Origin: Syntrophobacterales bacterium
Lineage (GTDB): Bacteria; Desulfobacterota; Syntrophobacteria; BM002
Assembly: GCA_050123975.1 (NCBI GenBank)
Contig: JASFGC010000002.1
Span: 1 to 40,428, forward strand
Length of the DNA: 40,428 nt
Direction: 5' to 3'
Shown here: in pieces, positions 25,961-38,215 of the stretch
How the letters are laid out: each line of letters begins with the position of its first letter
Numbering within the stretch: the stretch's first letter is position 1
Notes under the pieces: model-generated
What the model saw: the letters and a program-made list of their open reading frames with translations, nothing else
What the model was told of the DNA's origin: nothing
Database searches by the model: none
Translations under genes and position numbers: made by a program

Positions 25961-27292
25961 ATGGACTCCCTGTGGCCCGAGGCACGCAGGGTTTTGAAAC
26001 AGACTCTGACCGCTGAGCAGTTCCAGCAATGGATAGAGCCTCTTAAGGTTACTACCCTACAAAGCGGCCACCTTGTCTTACAGGCCCCCAGTCGATTCCA
26101 TTATTACTGGATTGAGGAACACTACCTTGCACTCATTCAATCATCCTGCCGCACGATAGATAGTGGTGTTCAGCTTCTCCTACGAAAGCCTGATGGTAAG
26201 GGTAAGTCCTCTAAAACCCATCGCCCATTCATAGGCAATGTACCGCTTACCACAACCTTCCAGACCTCACAGACTTTTGAGAACTACGTATTAGCTCCCT
26301 TTAACCGCTTTGCCTTTGCCGCCGCCAAAGATGTCTGTCAGGAGGCTCATGCCGCATTCAATCCTCTGTTTATTGAAGGGCCCCCGGGGCTAGGCAAGAC
26401 TCATCTTCTCCACGCTATCGGCAATGATTGGCAGGCCAATCATGACGACAGTATCGCCTATCTCAGTTGTCGAAACCTTCTTGTCTTCCGTCCCTCCATA
26501 CCGCCCTCTCCATACGAAGCACTTTGGCAGACCCTGGGCGGCCTCAAGGTTCTGTTGGTGGATGATGTCCATCAAGTACCTTCTGAGGGAAATTTCCAGC
26601 AACATCTCAGAGAAATATTTAATTGGTGCTACGATGTAGGGACAAAAATGGTGTTCACTGCCACCCGCCTTCCTCACCAGATCCCCGATCTCTCCCTCGG
26701 CCTTCGCTCTCGCCTGGGATGGGGTCTGATAGCACGCATTCAAGAGCCGGATATTGAGGGTTGCTACCAAGTAATAGAAACCTTCCTGGGCGCAAGCAAA
26801 GTGCCGGCATCTAAAGAGATCTGCCGGTATCTAGCAGAGCATGGGCCTCTTAATTTTCACGAGATCAAGGACTTTGTAGAAAAGTTGCAAGAGATTGTTG
26901 AAAAGGAGGGCAGTCTTCCTAGTCTGAAAGAGAGATCTCTTGCCATCCATGGAAACGCCACCCCTAGACCGGAAAGGCTTTCTATTCAAGCCATCCAAAA
27001 GGAAGTGTGTTCCGCCTATGGTGTATCTTTGGAGGCGCTCCCGGGAGCAACGAAATCCCGTCCCCTGGTAATTGCTCGTCAAGTCGGGATGCACCTGAGC
27101 AGAAAGCTCACTGGATCAACTTACGCTGCCATTGGAGGCGCCTTTGGTGGGCGAGATCATTCCACAGTTATATATGCCTGTCGCAAGGTACGTGCTGAGA
27201 TAAGAAGAAACAGAGTGTTTGCTGAGCGAATTGTTGAGATTGAAAAGAAACTATTAGAAGATTATAAGGAAGAAATAACAGGAAAATTATAA
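25961..27292 (+). CDS. dnaA: Chromosomal replication initiator DnaA
   Basis: NPLFIEGPPGLGKTHLL (Walker A), LLVDDVH, and the C-terminal DNA-binding signature ARQVGMHLSRKLTGSTYAAIGGAFGGRDHSTVIYACRKV. The ATG at 25961 has GAGG 7 nt upstream. The listed start at 25955 is TTG. Confidence 0.9.
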   Translation: MDSLWPEARRVLKQTLTAEQFQQWIEPLKVTTLQSGHLVLQAPSRFHYYWIEEHYLALIQSSCRTIDSGVQLLLRKPDGKGKSSKTHRPFIGNVPLTTTFQTSQTFENYVLAPFNRFAFAAAKDVCQEAHAAFNPLFIEGPPGLGKTHLLHAIGNDWQANHDDSIAYLSCRNLLVFRPSIPPSPYEALWQTLGGLKVLLVDDVHQVPSEGNFQQHLREIFNWCYDVGTKMVFTATRLPHQIPDLSLGLRSRLGWGLIARIQEPDIEGCYQVIETFLGASKVPASKEICRYLAEHGPLNFHEIKDFVEKLQEIVEKEGSLPSLKERSLAIHGNATPRPERLSIQAIQKEVCSAYGVSLEALPGATKSRPLVIARQVGMHLSRKLTGSTYAAIGGAFGGRDHSTVIYACRKVRAEIRRNRVFAERIVEIEKKLLEDYKEEITGKL

Positions 27293-27391
27293 GACTAGTT
27301 CTGTTATTTACAAATATACAGACCTTATATTTAAAATTATTTTTACCTATATTTTAATACTGATAATAAAAGCCTGTGATAAGGAGGAATA

Positions 27392-28507
27392 ATGGAACTC
27401 ACCATTCAACGAGATGATCTTCTGAGAGGTTTACAAAAATCACAGTCTGTTGCAGAAAAACGCAGCTCAATGCCGGTTCTTTCCAATGTGCTTTTGGAAG
27501 CAAAAGAACAAAAACTGCATCTGACCGCAACCAACCTGGAAGTCAGTTTTACCGGAAGCCATGAAGCCGATGTCACAAAAGAGGGAGCGGTTACCATCCA
27601 AGCACGAAAGTTCTATGAGATCGTCAAAGAACTTCCTTTTCCTGAACTCCGCATCACTGAAAAAGAAAACCAGTGGGTGAATATCTCCAGTGGAACGACA
27701 GAGTATAATCTGGTGGGACTTCCAGCGGATGAGTTCCCTCAAGTGATGAAATATGAGGATGTAGAGTGGGTTCAGATGGAAGCACCCTTACTGAAGGAAA
27801 TGATAGAAAAGACGATCTTTGCTGTTTCCACAGAGGAGACCCGATACAATCTCTCTGGAATCTATTTTGAAAAAGTGGACACCGAGGATCCTGTCTGCCT
27901 CAAATTGGTGGCAACCGACGGTCACCGACTTTCCTTTATTCAAAAACCACTTCCAGAGGTGACCAAATTCGCTTTTGACAAGGGTATTATTATTCCGAGA
28001 AAGGGAATGCTGGAATTGAGTCGGCTTCTCGAAGAAAGCGAGCAGGTGGAAGTGGCTTTTCAAGAAAATACTGCCATTTTCAGACAAGATGAATCCACCT
28101 TGATTATGAGACTCATCGATGGCGACTTCCCAGATTATGACACAGTGATACCGAAGAATTGTGAGAGGGTGCTAGAGGTTGATCGTTCGAGATTCATGGA
28201 GATGCTCCGACGTATGTCCATCATCTCAACTGATCGGTACCGCGGTATACGCTGTAAGATCCACCCAGACCATATGGAAATCATTTCCAACAATCCAGAG
28301 ATAGGCGACGCCAGGGAGGAAATTTCTGTAACCTACCAGGGTGAAGAGATGACTATCGCCTTTAATCCGCGCTATTTTATGGAGATTCTGGCAGTTATGA
28401 CGAGCAAGGTCATATCGGCAAAGATGATCGATGAATCAAGCGCATGCATAATCGCGGGTGAAGAAGATGAGGGTTTCTTTTCGGTGGTTATGCCGATGCG
28501 GTTGTGA
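27392..28507 (+). CDS. dnaN: DNA polymerase III beta sliding clamp
   Basis: 371 aa with PVLSNVLLEA..LTATNLE. Position is directly after dnaA. RBS AAGGAGGA. Confidence 0.9.
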   Translation: MELTIQRDDLLRGLQKSQSVAEKRSSMPVLSNVLLEAKEQKLHLTATNLEVSFTGSHEADVTKEGAVTIQARKFYEIVKELPFPELRITEKENQWVNISSGTTEYNLVGLPADEFPQVMKYEDVEWVQMEAPLLKEMIEKTIFAVSTEETRYNLSGIYFEKVDTEDPVCLKLVATDGHRLSFIQKPLPEVTKFAFDKGIIIPRKGMLELSRLLEESEQVEVAFQENTAIFRQDESTLIMRLIDGDFPDYDTVIPKNCERVLEVDRSRFMEMLRRMSIISTDRYRGIRCKIHPDHMEIISNNPEIGDAREEISVTYQGEEMTIAFNPRYFMEILAVMTSKVISAKMIDESSACIIAGEEDEGFFSVVMPMRL

Positions 28508-28641
28508 AGATAGGGTGGAATGTCACTCTGGCCACTATCACTCCAACAACCTCAGTGTGACAGAGCACTGCTGCCTCAAATGAATCCCGATTAGAGTAGA
28601 GAAAAGGCTTGAGATCCGGGCTAGGTTTATGGGTGGCAAAC

Positions 28642-28650
28642 TGGTATAAT
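28642..28650 (+). promoter_or_regulatory. Candidate extended -10 promoter element for gyrB
   Basis: TGGTATAAT (TGnTATAAT) lies 42 nt upstream of the gyrB ATG. No good -35 was found. Confidence 0.35.
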
Positions 28651-28682
28651 AAGATGTTTAAATAACTTCAAAAAAGTCGTGA

Positions 28683-31103
<2,421 letters not shown>

Positions 31104-31120
31104 CCCTAAATGAAAACGAG

Positions 31121-31184
31121 CAGGATGGCGGCGCCAAGGTCTGGGGCGAGGTTCAGGTTTTGGACGTTTCATCCTGTTTTTTTT
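31121..31184 (+). terminator. Possible gyrB terminator (7-bp stem, large loop, T8 run)
   Basis: CAGGATG (31121-31127) pairs with CATCCTG (31170-31176), followed by TTTTTTTT (31177-31184). Confidence 0.35.
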
Positions 31185-31251
31185 GACGCCTATGCTCTGG
31201 AGGATCGAGGAAAGCCACACCCATAGAACCAAATGATACCAGGACTTGATC

Positions 31252-33711
31252 ATGAGCCAACAAGAAAGCACCCAACGTATCACCATCGAAGATGAAATAA
31301 AGCATTCCTATCTAGATTATGCCATGAGCGTTATCATAGGTAGGGCCCTTCCTGATGTGCGCGATGGGCTCAAGCCGGTGCATCGACGCATACTCTACGC
31401 CATGCGGGAGTTAAATAACGACTGGAACAAGCCCTACAAGAAATCCGCCCGCATTGTCGGTGACGTAATTGGTAAGTATCATCCCCATGGCGATGCCGCA
31501 GTGTATGATGCTCTTGTACGCATGGCTCAGCATTTTTCGATGCGTCATACCTTGGTTGATGGTCAGGGAAATTTTGGTTCGGTGGATGGAGATCCACCAG
31601 CGGCCATGCGATATACTGAAGTCCGTCAGAACAAGCTAGCCCATGAGTTTCTCACCGATCTGGACAAAGAGACGGTTGATTTCACGCCAAACTACGATTC
31701 CTCCCTCGAGGAACCCGCAGTTCTGCCGACCTTGGTACCCAACCTCCTCATCAATGGGGCATCTGGAATTGCGGTCGGTATGGCCTGTAACATTCCACCC
31801 CATAATCTTACCGAGGTTGTCGATGCACTTATCGCCACTATCGATAATCCGCACATAGAGCTCGAAGAATTACTCGGAATCATTCCTGGACCAGATTTTC
31901 CAACAGCAGGTTTGATTTACGGCGCCCGAGGAATCCGTGAGGCCTATACCACAGGCAAAGGATTAATCAAGGTGCGCGCTCGAGTAGAAGTGGAAGAGGT
32001 GGATGGACAGCAGCAACGGCTTGTCATCAATGAACTGCCTTTCCAAGTCAACAAAGCTCGTCTACTGGAACGCATTGCTGAATTAATCAAAGCAAAAAAG
32101 ATTGAAGGGATCCGGGACATTCGTGATGAATCAGACCGGCAAGGAATGCGTGTGGTCATAGAGTTGAAGAGAGATGAGCATGCCGAGGTCATATTGAACA
32201 ACCTCTACAAGCAAACCAATATGGAGGCCACCTTCGGCATCAACATGCTGGCCATTGTCCACAATCGGCCTGAACTTCTTTCTCTCAAAGAAATACTGGG
32301 CCATTTCCTGGAGCATCGTCGCACTGTTGTTACGCGGCGTACAGTTTTTGAGTTGCGACGGGCAGAAGAACGGGCTCACATCCTAGAAGGATTAAAGATA
32401 GCCCTAGAAAATCTGGATGCCATCATCGAGCTCATTAAGAAGGCAGCGAACCCCAAAGAGGCCAAGGCTCAGCTGATGGTGGAATACGGACTTTCTGAAA
32501 AACAAGCTCAGGCCATCTTGGAGATGCGGTTGCAAAGACTCACCGGTCTGGAGCGCCAGCGAATACTCGAGGAACACCGCAATATTCTTGATGAGATTGC
32601 TCGTTTGAGGAAAATTCTGGCAGATGAAAGTCTGTTGATGGGCGTGGTGCGCCAAGAGCTCGTGGAACTCAAAGAAGAATATGGAGACGGCAGGCGTACG
32701 GAGATTGTCAGGGACGTTCAGGAGTTGGACCTGATAGATTACATCACGGAAGAAGACATGGTGGTCACGGTCTCCCACGCCGGCTACATTAAAAGGAGCC
32801 CGGTTCAACTCTACCGAAGCCAGCGGCGAGGTGGCAAAGGCAGATCAGGTACCAGGCCGCGTGAGGAGGATTTCGTTGAGCTTCTTTTTGTGGCTTCGAC
32901 CCATGACTACCTCCTCTTTTTCACCAATCTGGGACGTATCCATTGGTTGAAGGTGTATCAGTTGCCTGAAGCCGGACCTTTGGCGCGAGGAAAGGCAGTG
33001 GTTAACCTGCTGCAACTTCAGGAGGGGGAGCGAGTGGCCACCATACTGCCGGTGCGGGAATTTGAGACCGACAGGTACGTGGTAATGGCCACGAGAAAAG
33101 GTGTGGTAAAGAAGACCGAACTCATGGCCTATGGCAAACCACGAGCCGGCGGTATCATAGCACTGAAAATTGACGAGGATGACGAACTCATCAATGTTCG
33201 GCTCACAGATGGTCGACAACAGCTATTTTTCACTACCCGGGCGGGGAAAGCACTTCGCTGTCGTGAGGAGGAAATTCGGCCCATGGGTCGGGTGGCCCGG
33301 GGGGTCAAGGGTATGAATGTGGACGGCAGTTCCCTGGTGGGAATGGAGGTGGTGAGTGAAGAGGCTACTATTCTAACGGTGAGCGAAAATGGTTACGGCA
33401 AACGCACCCAGACCAAGGAATATCCCCTTCGTCACCGAGGAGGCAAAGGGGTGCTGAGCATGAGAACAACCGAGAGAAATGGCCCCGTGGTTGGTTTCCG
33501 GCAGGTATGGGATGGTGATGAAATCATGCTTATCACTGATCGTGGTCTTCTCATTCGAATGAAGGTTAATGAGATTTCCACAATTGGTCGGGTTACCCAG
33601 GGAGTTCGCCTCATTAACATCCCAGAAGATGAAAGAGTGGTGGATATGGCCATTGTGGCAGAGTCGGATGAGGAGTCGGTAGGGGATGAGCTGGCGGACA
33701 GTGAGGACTAG
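31252..33711 (+). CDS. gyrA: DNA gyrase subunit A
   Basis: [47 protein letters not shown], and C-terminal beta-pinwheel repeats. ATG at 31252; the listed start at 31246 is TTG. The TAG stop at 33709-33711 lies inside the repeat copy at 33707-33785. Confidence 0.92.
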   Translation: MSQQESTQRITIEDEIKHSYLDYAMSVIIGRALPDVRDGLKPVHRRILYAMRELNNDWNKPYKKSARIVGDVIGKYHPHGDAAVYDALVRMAQHFSMRHTLVDGQGNFGSVDGDPPAAMRYTEVRQNKLAHEFLTDLDKETVDFTPNYDSSLEEPAVLPTLVPNLLINGASGIAVGMACNIPPHNLTEVVDALIATIDNPHIELEELLGIIPGPDFPTAGLIYGARGIREAYTTGKGLIKVRARVEVEEVDGQQQRLVINELPFQVNKARLLERIAELIKAKKIEGIRDIRDESDRQGMRVVIELKRDEHAEVILNNLYKQTNMEATFGINMLAIVHNRPELLSLKEILGHFLEHRRTVVTRRTVFELRRAEERAHILEGLKIALENLDAIIELIKKAANPKEAKAQLMVEYGLSEKQAQAILEMRLQRLTGLERQRILEEHRNILDEIARLRKILADESLLMGVVRQELVELKEEYGDGRRTEIVRDVQELDLIDYITEEDMVVTVSHAGYIKRSPVQLYRSQRRGGKGRSGTRPREEDFVELLFVASTHDYLLFFTNLGRIHWLKVYQLPEAGPLARGKAVVNLLQLQEGERVATILPVREFETDRYVVMATRKGVVKKTELMAYGKPRAGGIIALKIDEDDELINVRLTDGRQQLFFTTRAGKALRCREEEIRPMGRVARGVKGMNVDGSSLVGMEVVSEEATILTVSENGYGKRTQTKEYPLRHRGGKGVLSMRTTERNGPVVGFRQVWDGDEIMLITDRGLLIRMKVNEISTIGRVTQGVRLINIPEDERVVDMAIVAESDEESVGDELADSED

Positions 33712-33785
33712 GCACTGAGGGGCGACGCGGAGAAACGGCGAGACGGAGACGAGGCGAAAAAGCCAGAAGTTAAGAAAACCTCAAT
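33707..33785 (+). repeat. 79-nt interspersed intergenic element, copy 2
   Basis: ACTAGGCACTG...GGCGACGCGGAGAAACGGCGAGACGGAGACGAGGCGAAAAAGCCAGAAGTTAAGAAAACCTCAAT, 69/79 identical to 7312-7390. Confidence 0.85.
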
Positions 33786-33943
33786 CGTCATTTAGCATTT
33801 CGCAATCCGCATTTAACATTGAAACTCTCAGATGACATTGCCTGTAACATTTGAATACAATGCCAGATGTTAAATGATAAATGCGCAATGTGAAATGTCC
33901 CTCTGACTCGTTCCTCTATGCTCTGTGTCCTGTGCCTTTTTAA

Positions 33944-33971
33944 ATCCGCAATCCACAATCCGCAATCCGAA
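33944..33971 (+). repeat. Heptamer tandem array (ATCCRMA)x4
   Basis: ATCCGCA ATCCACA ATCCGCA ATCCGAA. Confidence 0.85.
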
Positions 33972-33984
33972 ATTACCTAAGTGT

Positions 33985-34005
33985 CTAGTTCTTAGTTCCT
34001 AGTTT
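33985..34005 (+). repeat. Heptamer tandem array (YTAGTTY)x3
   Basis: CTAGTTC TTAGTTC CTAGTTT, 11 nt upstream of the gpsA RBS. Confidence 0.8.
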
Positions 34006-34024
34006 TACGGTTCTCGGAGGATGA

Positions 34025-35071
34025 ATGAACGAACAGCATACGCCAAAGGGCTTCACAGAGGCCGTGGCTGTGGTGGGGGGCGGTAGCTGGGGAACCGCAC
34101 TCGCTAATCTGCTAGCCGAAAAGGGTATTGAGATCACCCTCTGGGTCTTTGAAGAGGACCTTTGCAAGGAAATGCAAAAGACCAGGGAAAATACGCTCTA
34201 TCTACCGGGTGTACAGCTGTCACCACTGCTCAAACCAGGCAACAGCCTGGAGACAGTGCTGGCCGGCAAGCGGATTGTGCTCATGGCCGTGCCCTCTCAC
34301 GTGCATCGGCGCGTTGCCATGCAGATGCTTGCATTTTTGCAGGGACCGGTTGTGATAGTGAGCGCCACCAAGGGTATTGAAAATGAGTCTCTAAAAACCA
34401 TGTCCGGAGTCTGGGATGAGATCATGCCGGTCGGCATGGACTGGGAGTACGCGGTGCTTTCAGGGCCCAGCTTTGCCCGCGAAGTAGTTCAGAAGGTACC
34501 CACGGCAGTCACCGTGGCCTCCACTTCCAAGGAAGTGGCGCAGGAAATTCAAAGGCTTTTTTCCACTGATTTTTTCAGGGCTTACACCAGTACAGATGTA
34601 ATTGGTGTGGAATTGGGCGGGGCGCTGAAGAATATCATAGCCTTGGCTGCTGGCATCACCGATGGCCTCGGCCTGGGCTACAACACCCGCGCGGCGCTGA
34701 TGACCAGGGGATTGGCCGAAATGAGCCGCCTGAGCACCAGTATGGGGGCCCACCCGTTGACTTTTCTGGGACTCGCTGGTGTGGGTGATTTGGTTCTCAC
34801 CTGTACCGGTGATCTCAGCCGCAACCGCACTGTGGGATATCAGCTTGGACAGGGGAAAAAGCTTGCCGAGATACTTGCCGAGATGAACATGGTGGCTGAG
34901 GGGGTTAAAACCACGCGCTCTGTTCATAATCTGGCTCAGCAACAGGGAATCGAGATGCCCATTTGTGAGCAAATATACCGTATCCTCTATGAGGACCAAC
35001 CAGCAGAAAAAGCGCTGACAGAGTTAATGCAGCGTGAACTGAAACATGAAGTGGACACTTTCTTTGGCTAG
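34025..35071 (+). CDS. gpsA: NAD(P)H-dependent glycerol-3-phosphate dehydrogenase
   Basis: VAVVGGGSWGTALA, GVELGGALKNIIALAAGI and GDLVLTCTGDLSRNR. RBS GGAGG. Confidence 0.9.
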   Translation: MNEQHTPKGFTEAVAVVGGGSWGTALANLLAEKGIEITLWVFEEDLCKEMQKTRENTLYLPGVQLSPLLKPGNSLETVLAGKRIVLMAVPSHVHRRVAMQMLAFLQGPVVIVSATKGIENESLKTMSGVWDEIMPVGMDWEYAVLSGPSFAREVVQKVPTAVTVASTSKEVAQEIQRLFSTDFFRAYTSTDVIGVELGGALKNIIALAAGITDGLGLGYNTRAALMTRGLAEMSRLSTSMGAHPLTFLGLAGVGDLVLTCTGDLSRNRTVGYQLGQGKKLAEILAEMNMVAEGVKTTRSVHNLAQQQGIEMPICEQIYRILYEDQPAEKALTELMQRELKHEVDTFFG

Positions 35072-35109
35072 AAAGCCAAAGTCATTTTGCATTTCTCATT
35101 GCACAACTC

Positions 35110-35694
35110 TCATTTGCCATCTGTCTCTCCGCGTCGCCGTCTCTCCGGGTCGCCGCGTCCTCTTCGTTGATTCCAGCCCTCATGCTTCACACTGACGCCC
35201 TCATGATATAAAAGGGCCTTCTTTAGACTAAGGCCGCTGCCGAATCCCCCTAATTTGCCCTGAGCAGCCACCACCCGGTGGCAAGGGACAAAGAGAACCA
35301 CCTTGTTGCTCCCACATGACTGACCAACTGCTCGGGCCGCCCGGGGCTTGCCAATCTCACCAGCGATCTCTCCGTAGGTGGCAACTTTGCCAGGGGGAAT
35401 CTGCCGCAGTGCCGACCACACCATGAGCTGGAAAGGGGTGCCCTGAAGATCCAAGGCATGGCTCAGACGCTTCGTTTCACCTGAGAAATACTGATCTAAA
35501 ACGTCAATGGCTGAAGCTAAAGGCTGTGCATTTTCTTGCACCACATGGTCGGGCTTTTGCCTCAACTGGGAGATGAGGCTTGAGATATCCTTGCCGTCCA
35601 GGAACTGGCATGAACAGATACCCTTTTCAGTGCCAGCCAGAAACAAGGGGCCCCAGGGGGAAGTAAGGTGGGTGTAGTAGACTGTCTTTGGCAT
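35110..35694 (-). CDS. ogt: Methylated-DNA-protein-cysteine methyltransferase (Ogt/Ada C-terminal family)
   Basis: Active site VPCHRVV and PPGKVATYGEIA. The preferred start is the ATG at 35694 (AAGGAAAACCC-ATG). The listed start at 35724 has no RBS. The last ~20 codons (..RRGRGDPERRRRGETDGK) are encoded by repeat sequence. Confidence 0.8.
   Translation of the reverse strand: MPKTVYYTHLTSPWGPLFLAGTEKGICSCQFLDGKDISSLISQLRQKPDHVVQENAQPLASAIDVLDQYFSGETKRLSHALDLQGTPFQLMVWSALRQIPPGKVATYGEIAGEIGKPRAARAVGQSCGSNKVVLFVPCHRVVAAQGKLGGFGSGLSLKKALLYHEGVSVKHEGWNQRRGRGDPERRRRGETDGK
35141..35158. repeat. Left arm of an 18-bp perfect inverted repeat flanking ogt
   Basis: TCTCCGGGTCGCCGCGTC is the exact reverse complement of 35736-35753. 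It is embedded in the octamer-word block ~35121-35165. Confidence 0.9.
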
Positions 35695-35735
35695 GGGTTT
35701 TCCTTTTTTAAACTGTGAGTTCATGGCTTGCGGCT

Positions 35736-35753
35736 GACGCGGCGACCCGGAGA
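35736..35753. repeat. Right arm of an 18-bp perfect inverted repeat flanking ogt
   Basis: GACGCGGCGACCCGGAGA. The element continues to ~35800 (..GGCGATATCGCTGAACTCCGCGTCTCCGCC) and is related to 39264-39344. Confidence 0.9.
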
Positions 35754-35818
35754 TGGGGTGACACGGCGATATCGCTGAACTCCGCGTCTCCGCCTCGTTG
35801 CAAAAATCGTCTCAAGGC

Positions 35819-36478
35819 TCAAGTGTCCAAAATAAAATCAGTAATATACGGATTCGTCTTTTTCTCACGCCCCATGGTTGAGGTGGGTTGATCACCGTAG
35901 TCATGCCCGGGCCATACCACGGTGTCATCAGGGAGGGGCAGGAGCTTTTCCTTGATAGAATTGAGCAGCGTTTCCATGGATCCCCCCGGCAGATCGGTGC
36001 GGCCGACGGCTCCCACAAAAAGAGTGTCACCGGTGATGAGATTGTTTTCCACCAGAACACATACTGCTCCCGGAGTATGTCCTGGCGTGTGGATGAACTC
36101 CAGGGTCAACTTGCCCAGGGGAAGCCTGTAACCGTCAGTGATTCGAATATCCACTGGTGGCGCAGCTGAAAGCCCGAAGGCGGCGGCCCATGCCTTCGCC
36201 TCCTCGGTAGTAAACAAATCGTCATCCAATTCATGCATCACTGTCTTAGCACCAGTGCGGTTCGCCAGGAGCTGATTGCCAAAGGTGTGATCAGCATGAC
36301 CATGGGTGTTGATAATGTAGGCGAGCTGGAGATCCTTTTCCTCGAGAACCGAGATAATTTTCTCTATGTCATCTCTGTCGCCCGCAGGATCAATAGCTGC
36401 GGCCTCTCTGGTCTGGTCACAAGCGATTACATAACAGAATACTGCCATCTCACCCACGGTGATTTGTTCAATGATCAT
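35819..36478 (-). CDS. MBL-fold metallo-hydrolase (glyoxalase II-like)
   Basis: THGHADH motif, HTPGHTPG and GD.LF.G..GR.DL. RBS GAGGAGGA. Confidence 0.8.
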   Translation of the reverse strand: MIIEQITVGEMAVFCYVIACDQTREAAAIDPAGDRDDIEKIISVLEEKDLQLAYIINTHGHADHTFGNQLLANRTGAKTVMHELDDDLFTTEEAKAWAAAFGLSAAPPVDIRITDGYRLPLGKLTLEFIHTPGHTPGAVCVLVENNLITGDTLFVGAVGRTDLPGGSMETLLNSIKEKLLPLPDDTVVWPGHDYGDQPTSTMGREKKTNPYITDFILDT

Positions 36479-36507
36479 TGTGAATCCTCCTCATATCCGG
36501 GCAAATA

Positions 36508-37968
36508 TCAGTCCAGCACAATTTTGAAAGGTATGTTGTCAACATGCTTGAAACAATCAAAAATCCACAGGAACTCTTCCCTGAAGCGTTCGTAATCAGA
36601 GGGGTTGGCATAGCGATTTGGTCCGCCACTGAGCAAAGGTACTATATCAGCTTGCCAGGCATAGCCCAGCTTCTTGAAGAGTTGTTTGAGAAATTGATTG
36701 AGTTTCTGGCTCGACCTCGAACTCCCCGAGTTCTCCAAGAACCACTGCCGAGGGGCAAATCGATCGTGATGAGTCAAAACGGATGCGATGGCCTCAGGGA
36801 GCTTACTGTCGGTCACCGCCATACCGGTTTGAGCATTCATGATGTCCAAGTGGGTTCCGGGCATGGATGAAGAGATGACGCAGGGTAGATCTGACCGAAA
36901 GTATTCGTACAAGCTTCGACAACCATTCTCATTGAGTGATAAGTGAACGCCCATTTTGCACCGAGCCAGTTGGCTCGGAATATCTTGCCTTAACACGTTT
37001 GCCATCACGGTTACCCGATCTTCCAGTCCCGCTTCCTTAACCAATAGCTTGAAATAGCTCACGTTTTTTTCGTTGCCTCTTCCGAGAAAGAGAGCTCTCT
37101 TGTCCATGAGCAGCTGATGTTGCAGTAGTTCTAACATCAGTTCATGCCTTTTGCGAGGCATGTCGTCGTAGGTCCCGTTAAATACGAGGTCGTATTCCTT
37201 CTGTTGCCCAAGAGGTACCGCATCATTTTCTGCGAGATAGTCTCCGTGGGCCAAGGGGGTGGGCGCCATCTGAGGTTGACTTTTCAGAAAAACAATGTCT
37301 TCGGCAGTGCCAACCCCAAACACAGATGCATCTTCCGCCGTACATAAATTTCGCAACCAGGTGTGACGAAAAACCACCCCCCACGGGGGTTCGATATAGA
37401 GTATATATCTACGGTTAAACTGCCGAAATAATTTGTGATTTGCCATGAGATAGGGGATCGCGAAAATCCGGAGAACCCCCTTTTCCTTTTCTTTTCCCGG
37501 AGCTTTCAGGACCTGGCAGAAGTGTCTTAGCTTGTACACTTTCTGCACCTTCTTCTGCAGTCTATCAGAGACTTTTTGTTTTTCTTCGGATAAGAAGGCT
37601 TTAATTTCTCCATCGTCTCGATACAGCTCTTCTACCTTAAACAAATTGGACCATTGTCTGGGAAAAGGTAACAAGGCGAGAAAAAATAAGGCCTGTCGCT
37701 GCAGAAAATTATTTTTCCCTCCATCTGCCAGTTCGCTCAGGATGTGATAACGTTTCTGCAAACCATCGTAAGGCCAGCTTAAGCCTCTCGTTTCTTCCAG
37801 AATGTGGCGACCCCAGTAGAGCAGATAGGAGAGGGCGGAAAGCACATCGCTTCTGAGTTTTCTGTGGAATAAAGGATCCGATGTGGCGAAGAGATCTCCT
37901 GAGTCAATGAGAGAAAAGAATGTCTCTATAGTCGCTATAGATTCGGGTGCGTTCTTTCCTTGAGTCAT
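36508..37968 (-). CDS. Hypothetical 486-aa protein. The C-terminal half resembles a GT-B (GT1/GT4-like) glycosyltransferase fold, and the N-terminal ~150 aa are unrecognised
   Basis: A long ORF with RBS GAGGGAA. The segment FLGRGNE..VKEAGLEDRVTVMANV...LSLNENGCRSLYEYFRSDLPCVISS resembles the nucleotide-sugar-binding half of GT-B enzymes. Confidence 0.4.
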   Translation of the reverse strand: MTQGKNAPESIATIETFFSLIDSGDLFATSDPLFHRKLRSDVLSALSYLLYWGRHILEETRGLSWPYDGLQKRYHILSELADGGKNNFLQRQALFFLALLPFPRQWSNLFKVEELYRDDGEIKAFLSEEKQKVSDRLQKKVQKVYKLRHFCQVLKAPGKEKEKGVLRIFAIPYLMANHKLFRQFNRRYILYIEPPWGVVFRHTWLRNLCTAEDASVFGVGTAEDIVFLKSQPQMAPTPLAHGDYLAENDAVPLGQQKEYDLVFNGTYDDMPRKRHELMLELLQHQLLMDKRALFLGRGNEKNVSYFKLLVKEAGLEDRVTVMANVLRQDIPSQLARCKMGVHLSLNENGCRSLYEYFRSDLPCVISSSMPGTHLDIMNAQTGMAVTDSKLPEAIASVLTHHDRFAPRQWFLENSGSSRSSQKLNQFLKQLFKKLGYAWQADIVPLLSGGPNRYANPSDYERFREEFLWIFDCFKHVDNIPFKIVLD

Positions 37969-38215
37969 TCCGTTCCCTCGTGGTCAATGTTCTCGCAGAA
38001 CTCAGGATATTGTTAGAGGATGGATGATGTCCGTGATCACCGTAAAGGCTTTATCTGCAAGCCAATGGTTGATGCAAACGTGGCAACCTTATACACAGAT
38101 TGCTGACCAAGTCAACTGGCCCGAGGACCGCCTAAATTGGCCCATAACTTCTCAAGCGCCTGTTCACTTAGCTCCGTATACTGTAAATGTCAGAGTCCAA
38201 TTTATATTTTAACTA

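Noticed and set aside
38024-38212. A 62-aa plus-strand ORF with a plausible RBS (AGAGGATGG-ATG) that ends just before the palindromic element.
   Set aside because: It has no recognisable family or motif, and with short length and a single window I cannot support it as a gene. It would be worth re-checking if conserved in relatives or supported by Ribo-seq.
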